From: Saprospiraceae bacterium
Lineage (GTDB): Bacteria; Bacteroidota; Bacteroidia; Chitinophagales; Saprospiraceae
Assembly (NCBI GenBank): GCA_043720935.1
Contig: JAYSRS010000377.1
Location: 1 to 37,028, forward strand
DNA: 37,028 nucleotides
Reading direction: 5' to 3'
Part shown: in pieces, positions 31,957-37,028 of the stretch
Layout: each line of letters opens with the position of its first letter
How positions within the stretch are numbered: the stretch's first letter is position 1
The notes under the pieces: generated by a model
The model's database searches: none
What the model saw: the letters and a program-made list of their open reading frames with translations, nothing else
Told to the model about the DNA's origin: nothing
Made by a program: the position numbers and the translations under genes

Positions 31957-34395
31957 ATGAAAAAATTTGTATTTATTTTCTTTCTTTTAGTTTTTCTATT
32001 ACCATTGTCCAACGCTGCTAACGGTGAAGTTGGAACATTAACAGGCACAATTACAGCTAACGCAAACCAACCCATAGCGGGCGCAAATATCGTTGTGAAA
32101 GGTACTGTCAGAGGGGTTGCCACTGATGAAAATGGTAAATACATCATCAAAAATATAGAAGTTGGCACTTATATTCTTGTCATTTCAGGTGTCGGCTTCC
32201 AACCGCTTGAAAAAAAGGTCGAAATACTGAGGGGGGTAATAACAACTTTTGACTGCTCTCTTGAAGAAAGTAGTTTAGCCTTAGAGACGCTTCATGTTAT
32301 TTTTAATCGCGGTGTTGGTGGTACAGGTCACTTAGCAGAAATAGGGGACTACGCCATTAATGCGGCTAAAAAAAATGAGGTCGTTAAATTAGATAAAATT
32401 GATGCTAATTTAGCCATGAATAATTCACGTCAAATATACGGTCGCATACCGGGTATTCAGATTTGGGAGAGTGATGGTTCAGGTATCCAACCTGGTTTAG
32501 CTTCTCGTGGTTTAAGTCCGAATCGTTCGTGGGAGTTCAACGTGCGTATGAACGGATATGATATTACTCCCGACCCAATGGGCTACCCTGAAGCATATTA
32601 TAATCCGCCGATGGAAGTGGTTGATAGAATAGAAATCGTTAGAGGCGCTTCTTCATTGCAATATGGCTCTCAATTCGGCGGTCTTTTGAATTATGTTTTA
32701 AGAAAACCTGATATATCAAAGCGTTTTGTTTGTGAAAGTCAAAATACAGTAGGCAATAATGGCTTATTCAGTACTTTTAATTATATAGGTGGTACGGAGG
32801 GCAAATTAGGATATGCTGCCTATTATCAAAAACGAGTAGGTGATGGTTGGCGCAATAACAATAAATTTAATACTGACCATTTCCATTTTGAAACCAATTA
32901 TGCGTTCAGTAATAAATTTAAAATGGGTGTTGAGTTCACCTATATGACCTATATCAGCCAACAACCGGGCGGCTTAACTGATAGCCTTTTCAATATAGAT
33001 GCACGTCAAAGTCTGCGTTCTCGCAACTGGTTTAATACACCGTGGGTGATACCTTCCCTCAATGCGGAATATGTTTTTAATGAAAACACTCGTTTGAATT
33101 TCAAAACATTTGGGACGATTGGCGAACGCAATAGTATTGGTTTTGTCAATGCCACTACCACTAACGACCCACTCAATTCAAAACGTCAAATTGACCGTGA
33201 TTTGTATAAAAACATAGGTTCAGAATTGCGTTTGATGCACAGTTATACTTGGATTAACAAAAAGCATACTCTGGCAACGGGTGTTCGTTATTTCAATGGC
33301 AATACGGAACGTTTGCAAAGAGGCTTGGGTGATACTTTAGCGACTTTCAATTTAGATCTAAAAGATAAGTATATCAATGATTTACGTTTTAAAAATATCA
33401 ATATGGCGGCTTTTGTAGAAAACATTTTTTATTTCTCAAACCGTTTTTTGATGACGGCAGGCGCACGTTATGAACATATAGCTACTGATGCCCAAGGTCG
33501 TTTGGGTTTTAAATCCGACGGGTCAGAGAATCTCATTGCTAATCAAAAAAGCAGCCGTAATTTCTTTTTGTTAGGGACAGGCTTTGAATTTCACGCTACT
33601 AAACAAACAGAAATTTATACCAATTTTTCACAAGCCTATCGCCCCGTTTTATTTTCTGATTTAACCCCTCCTGCAACAACTGATGTGATAGATGCGAATT
33701 TGAAAGATGCAAGAGGTTGGAATTTTGATATTGGTTATAGAGGAAAAATAAGCACTTGGTTGAATTTTGACGTTGATTATTTTTATTTAAACTATAATGA
33801 CCGTATTGGTATAATTAGCTTGTTAGATGCGAACAACAAACCCTATCAGTTTCGTACCAATTTAGGTCAATCTATCTCAAAGGGTTTTGAGGGTTATATT
33901 GAAATTGACCCTCTATCAGCCATTAATCCTAAGTCACCATTAGGAAATTTGAGTTTGTTTGCGTCTATAAGTTTTATTGATGCCCAATATCAAGATTTCA
34001 AAACGCAAACAGTATCAAACGGCAAACTTGTAGAAGGCAACTTAAACGGCAATACTGTGGAAAATGCCCCTCAGTATATACATCGTTTCGGAGTGACTTA
34101 CGCCAAAAAAGGGTTTTCTTTGACTTGGCAATTAAGTAGTGTTGGAGAAGCCTTCGCTGACGCTATCAACACAGTTAAACCCAACGCTGCGGCTACATCA
34201 GGTTTGATACCCGCTTATCAAGTGCAAGACTTATCCGCCAGTTTCAAGTTTTTGAAGCATTACAATGTTAAGGCGGGTATCAATAATCTTACAGATGTTC
34301 GTTATTTTACACGGCGTTCTGGGGGCTATCCGGGACCGGGTCTTTTGCCTGCTGATGGACGCACATGGTATGTTTCAGTAGGCGTTAAATTCTAA
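31957..34395 (+). CDS. TonB-dependent outer-membrane receptor
   Basis: 812-aa ORF with a signal peptide, a CarboxypepD_reg-like domain (GTITANANQPIAGANIVVKGT..TDENGKY), a plug (IEIVRGASSLQYG) and a barrel ending VSVGVKF. Confidence 0.9.
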   Translation: MKKFVFIFFLLVFLLPLSNAANGEVGTLTGTITANANQPIAGANIVVKGTVRGVATDENGKYIIKNIEVGTYILVISGVGFQPLEKKVEILRGVITTFDCSLEESSLALETLHVIFNRGVGGTGHLAEIGDYAINAAKKNEVVKLDKIDANLAMNNSRQIYGRIPGIQIWESDGSGIQPGLASRGLSPNRSWEFNVRMNGYDITPDPMGYPEAYYNPPMEVVDRIEIVRGASSLQYGSQFGGLLNYVLRKPDISKRFVCESQNTVGNNGLFSTFNYIGGTEGKLGYAAYYQKRVGDGWRNNNKFNTDHFHFETNYAFSNKFKMGVEFTYMTYISQQPGGLTDSLFNIDARQSLRSRNWFNTPWVIPSLNAEYVFNENTRLNFKTFGTIGERNSIGFVNATTTNDPLNSKRQIDRDLYKNIGSELRLMHSYTWINKKHTLATGVRYFNGNTERLQRGLGDTLATFNLDLKDKYINDLRFKNINMAAFVENIFYFSNRFLMTAGARYEHIATDAQGRLGFKSDGSENLIANQKSSRNFFLLGTGFEFHATKQTEIYTNFSQAYRPVLFSDLTPPATTDVIDANLKDARGWNFDIGYRGKISTWLNFDVDYFYLNYNDRIGIISLLDANNKPYQFRTNLGQSISKGFEGYIEIDPLSAINPKSPLGNLSLFASISFIDAQYQDFKTQTVSNGKLVEGNLNGNTVENAPQYIHRFGVTYAKKGFSLTWQLSSVGEAFADAINTVKPNAAATSGLIPAYQVQDLSASFKFLKHYNVKAGINNLTDVRYFTRRSGGYPGPGLLPADGRTWYVSVGVKF

Positions 34396-34613
34396 GAAAC
34401 TGTTTTAAAACTTTACGCACTGTTTCTCGCTACGCTCGAAAGGCGTGCGAGAAAGTTTTTTTTAGGAGCGAGCGTGTTTTTGAAGTAAAAAATCGAAGAT
34501 TTTTTACTTCAAAAACACGCTCGCTCCGATAGATTTCTTCAAGGGGCGTCTTTTGAGCATAGCGAAAAACAGCCCGTGAACCATGTAAATAGGTTTTAAA
34601 ACAGTTTCTAAGA
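34391..34613. repeat. Family B nested long palindromic element, copy 2
   Basis: The outer inverted repeat is 34391-34411 / 34593-34613. The middle arms are homologous to 4119-4160 / 4246-4280. The centre is a perfect 30-bp stem, 34465-34494 / 34498-34527. The element starts within the stop codon region of the receptor gene. Confidence 0.85.
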
Positions 34614-34665
34614 GAATTATCTGAAGAAATATTTGTCCTATGTTTCATATTGTGGATATAGGATT

Positions 34666-34716
34666 AAAAAAAAACAGTGTTGATTTGATTGGAATCAAAT
34701 CAACACTGTTTTTTTA
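34666..34716. terminator. Bidirectional intrinsic-terminator-like hairpin
   Basis: An A9 run, then a 17-bp perfect stem ACAGTGTTGATTTGATT (34674-34690) / AATCAAATCAACACTGT (34693-34709), then a T-run. Confidence 0.55.
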
Positions 34717-34947
34717 TTTCCGTTTGTCATCTGATGCGTTGTTTTCAATGTTATTGTTACATCAATCATCTAAAAAAGCCCAATACAGAGGAAAATATTT
34801 TCTCGCAAAAGTATTGAAATATTACGGGCGTTCATATTTCCTTTTTTTCGGATCCTGACTACTCACCGCCCTCATTTTTTCGGATAATTTCACAAAAAAA
34901 AAGCTGTGGGCAACCGCACCGCTTTTTTTTCTTGAATTGATAATTAA

Positions 34948-35541
34948 ATGACTGATGACCGACTGCACACCCTCATTTTGGACTGTCGCCGCAACGACCG
35001 CCGCAGCCAAAAAGCCTTGTATGACCTGTTTTACGGTTATGCTTTGGCGGTGGCATCGCCTTATTGCAGTCGGCAAACGGAGGCGCGGGAAGTTGTTAAC
35101 GATGCGTTTTTAAAGGTATTTTTAAATTTAGATAAATACGATGTGCAGCAGCCGTTTAAGCCGTGGTTTCGGACGATTGTGGTGCGTTCGGCGATAAATT
35201 ACTACCATAAATACGTCGAAAAATTGCCTTTGTCGGATTTGTCGGAAGCGGAAATGGTGGGTTTTGAAGCCGATTTTTTAGACAGTTTGTTGCCCGATGA
35301 ATTGGTCGGTTTGCTTCAAAAACTGTCGCCTTCGTACCGTCTTGCCTTGAATTTATACGTTTTGGAGGGTTATTCGCACCCTGAAATTGCGGAAATGTTA
35401 GGTATTTCGGTCGGGGCGTCAAAGTCAAATTTATTTAAAGCCAAACGCGATTTGAAACTGCTGTTTGACACGACGAATTTAACGCAGGTTTTGAACGTCC
35501 GTTCAATAAAATCATCCATTAAATCTCAAAATTTGAATTAG
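34948..35541 (+). CDS. ECF-type RNA polymerase sigma-70 factor
   Basis: 197-aa ORF with region 2 (VVNDAFLKVF, WFRTIVVRSAINYYHKY) and region 4 (GYSHPEIAEMLGISVGASKSNLFKAKRDL). Confidence 0.85.
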   Translation: MTDDRLHTLILDCRRNDRRSQKALYDLFYGYALAVASPYCSRQTEAREVVNDAFLKVFLNLDKYDVQQPFKPWFRTIVVRSAINYYHKYVEKLPLSDLSEAEMVGFEADFLDSLLPDELVGLLQKLSPSYRLALNLYVLEGYSHPEIAEMLGISVGASKSNLFKAKRDLKLLFDTTNLTQVLNVRSIKSSIKSQNLN

Positions 35542-35554
35542 AATTTTTTACAAA

Positions 35555-36931
35555 ATGACTGAAAAAGACTTCTCCAAACGCTTGCAAGACAAGCTATCTG
35601 CCTTTCAACCCGACGCGTCGCACCGCGCCGAAGATTGGGATTTGCTGAATCAGCAATTAGACGCGGTTTTGCCGACGGCCAAAAAACGGCGGCGATTGTT
35701 GTGGTTGCCGTGGGCATTAGGGGCGGTTTTGGTCGTTTCAAACGGGTTGTGGTGGTTCAATCAAGGCAATAATGCGGACAACGTAAGGGTAGAACAGCGT
35801 TTGGATAAATTAGAAAATCGGGTGTCAATGGTTGAAAATAAAGACTTAGAAGTGAGTGAAAATCTGAAAACCCCACCTAATTTAAGTTCAAAGCCTCAAA
35901 ATACTGAGGGGGGGCAAAATAAATTTCAATTGTCGAATTTAGGATTTCGGCGGCAGTCCGTAGCTCAAAATTCATCATTAAAACCTCAAAATACTGAGGG
36001 GGTAGGAAATAGATTTCAGATTTCAGATTTCAGATTTCAAGTGTCAGAATCAACTCAAAATTCATCTTCATATTCTCAAAATTCGATAATTACACCGCTT
36101 GATTTAAGTAAAAATAAGGGTTTGGTAACGGAAAACGATAGCCAAGCGGCGATAAATAACAACCTTCAAAACATTGGTAATCAATCAGTTGTAACCAATA
36201 ACGATGCACAAGATAAACAAAATAACTTTCAAGCTATTGATTTTTTAAAACCTGTTTTAAAGCCTTTAATTGTTGCTGAAAACGGCGTTACACCATTGAT
36301 TAAAGCGGCTCAATTCACCCCTTTGTCGAAGCGTTTTAGTTTTCAATTGGGCCTAAAAACGGAATTGATTACACCCCGCAGTACGGGCGTGACATCCGAG
36401 GCGGGTTATGGCGTAGGCGTTCAAGGCGGCGTCGGATTTGGTAAACATTGGCGCGTTGTCGGCGGCCTTGGTATGGTGTATTTGAATTATACGGCGACCG
36501 ACAAAAACGCCCTATTGGGTTCACCCGAAGGACTGCCTAACGTCGTCAATACGCCGAACACGACGACGCAAATGCAGATGAACAATCAAAGTTGTATGCG
36601 TTACGAGTTGAGTGCGCGGTATGCTTTGCAGCCTTCTTGGCGGCTAAAACCTTTCGTCGGTGTGGGCGTGAGTGGTATGCTTATGAGTGCTTATCAGATG
36701 GATTTACAAGTGCAAAATATGCAAAATATGACGGTGCATCAAGCCAATATTCACGTTAATCCTCAAACGCACCGCCAACAAATGTACCGATTGAGTACGG
36801 GTTTTGAGGTGGCTTTGTCGCGTCGCGTAAGTTGGGGTTTGGAGGCGTATTATCAACGCTTATTCAAGAAAACAACCGCCGTTGCGCCCGATTTTATGGG
36901 TCTGCAAGCGGAGATTTTTTATATTTTTTGA
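35555..36931 (+). CDS. ECF-sigma partner: N-terminal region, one TM helix, repeat-rich linker, C-terminal OMP-like beta-barrel
   Basis: 458-aa ORF, 14 nt after the sigma gene. TM helix LLWLPWALGAVLVVSNGLWW. It contains a 30-aa tandem duplication. The C-terminal beta-strand pattern ends EIFYIF. It is a paralog of 14825..16375. Confidence 0.65.
   Translation: MTEKDFSKRLQDKLSAFQPDASHRAEDWDLLNQQLDAVLPTAKKRRRLLWLPWALGAVLVVSNGLWWFNQGNNADNVRVEQRLDKLENRVSMVENKDLEVSENLKTPPNLSSKPQNTEGGQNKFQLSNLGFRRQSVAQNSSLKPQNTEGVGNRFQISDFRFQVSESTQNSSSYSQNSIITPLDLSKNKGLVTENDSQAAINNNLQNIGNQSVVTNNDAQDKQNNFQAIDFLKPVLKPLIVAENGVTPLIKAAQFTPLSKRFSFQLGLKTELITPRSTGVTSEAGYGVGVQGGVGFGKHWRVVGGLGMVYLNYTATDKNALLGSPEGLPNVVNTPNTTTQMQMNNQSCMRYELSARYALQPSWRLKPFVGVGVSGMLMSAYQMDLQVQNMQNMTVHQANIHVNPQTHRQQMYRLSTGFEVALSRRVSWGLEAYYQRLFKKTTAVAPDFMGLQAEIFYIF
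36011..36038 (+). repeat. Heptanucleotide repeat (AGATTTC) x4 inside the CDS
   Basis: Read directly: agatttc agatttc agatttc agatttc. The unit length is not a multiple of 3. Confidence 0.9.
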
Positions 36932-36936
36932 TGGAG

Positions 36937-37028
36937 AAAATAGCTTGAAAATAGCTTGAAAATAGCTTGAAAATAGCTTGAAAATAGCTTGAAAATAGCT
37001 TGAAAATAGCTTGAAAATAGCTTGAAAA
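36937..37028. repeat. Perfect 11-bp tandem repeat AAAATAGCTTG, at least 8.4 copies, running off the window end
   Basis: It starts 6 nt after the stop codon at 36931. There are eight complete identical units plus AAAA at the window edge. Confidence 0.95.

Noticed and set aside
774-36001. The abundant TACTGAGGGG word as a Chi-like or KOPS/FtsK-orienting sequence.
   Set aside because: Those signals are strongly co-oriented with replication. Here the split is 19 versus 18, with orientations interleaved over short distances. A single 37-kb window cannot fully exclude a skew at genome scale, so this remains a test listed under the main finding.
774-36001. The motif as a promoter or ribosome-binding element, since it contains GAGG and in reverse is followed by TATTTT.
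   Set aside because: Position and orientation relative to start codons are inconsistent. Copies lie upstream, downstream, between convergent stops and inside ORFs in both orientations. Only the copy at 774 completes a TAnnTTTG box.
1-37028. rRNA, tRNA, tmRNA or CRISPR loci, and integrase/att sites that would delimit an island.
   Set aside because: No cloverleaf-compatible segment with a GTTCRANYC-type T-arm was seen. There are no rRNA-like conserved blocks and no repeat-spacer array. No integrase or recombinase ORF is present, so island boundaries cannot be defined from this window.

Overview
This 37-kb window looks like Bacteroidota DNA. The hallmarks are CarboxypepD_reg-type TonB-dependent receptors (one with a DUF4249 lipoprotein partner), a T9SS C-terminal sorting domain, ECF sigma modules and a TTTG/TAnnTTTG-type promoter. 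No rRNA, tRNA or CRISPR array was seen.

Gene content, left to right:
- 1-14.3 kb: a TonB receptor + DUF4249 pair, a secreted hypothetical, a 4-repeat membrane protein, a frameshifted PlpD-like patatin/Omp85 gene, a second TonB receptor, an EamA transporter, an OmpR/histidine-kinase pair and a PepSY-like protein.
- 14.8-16.9 kb: an ECF sigma factor with a membrane/beta-barrel partner.
- 17.2-24.3 kb: an envelope redox cluster (DsbD, ApbE, T9SS protein, DUF3570, DUF4266, thioredoxin-like, Rieske).
- 24.4-31.2 kb: an AT-rich accessory block with a transposase remnant, a DUF4143 ATPase, a Bro-N/DinD-like gene and a complete plasmid-type module (Rep_3 initiator, iterons, ParA, small RHH protein).
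- 31.9-36.9 kb: a third TonB receptor and a second ECF sigma/partner module.

The strongest signal is not a gene. The oriented oligomer A-TACTGAGGGG-G-T occurs 37 times exactly (19 on +, 18 on -) plus 3 one-off variants. That is about one per kb, against roughly 0.07 expected by chance. It lies in intergenic DNA and inside 23 coding positions, in all five stop-free reading frames. This is the statistical signature of a DNA-uptake-type sequence (Neisseria DUS, Pasteurellaceae USS), in a lineage where I know of none described. This is a hypothesis and needs whole-genome counts.

The intergenic space is also packed with several families of long palindromic, MITE/REP-like elements. One of these families carries the motif at its terminal inverted repeat.

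All functional calls come from reading motifs in the translated ORFs; no database search was run.
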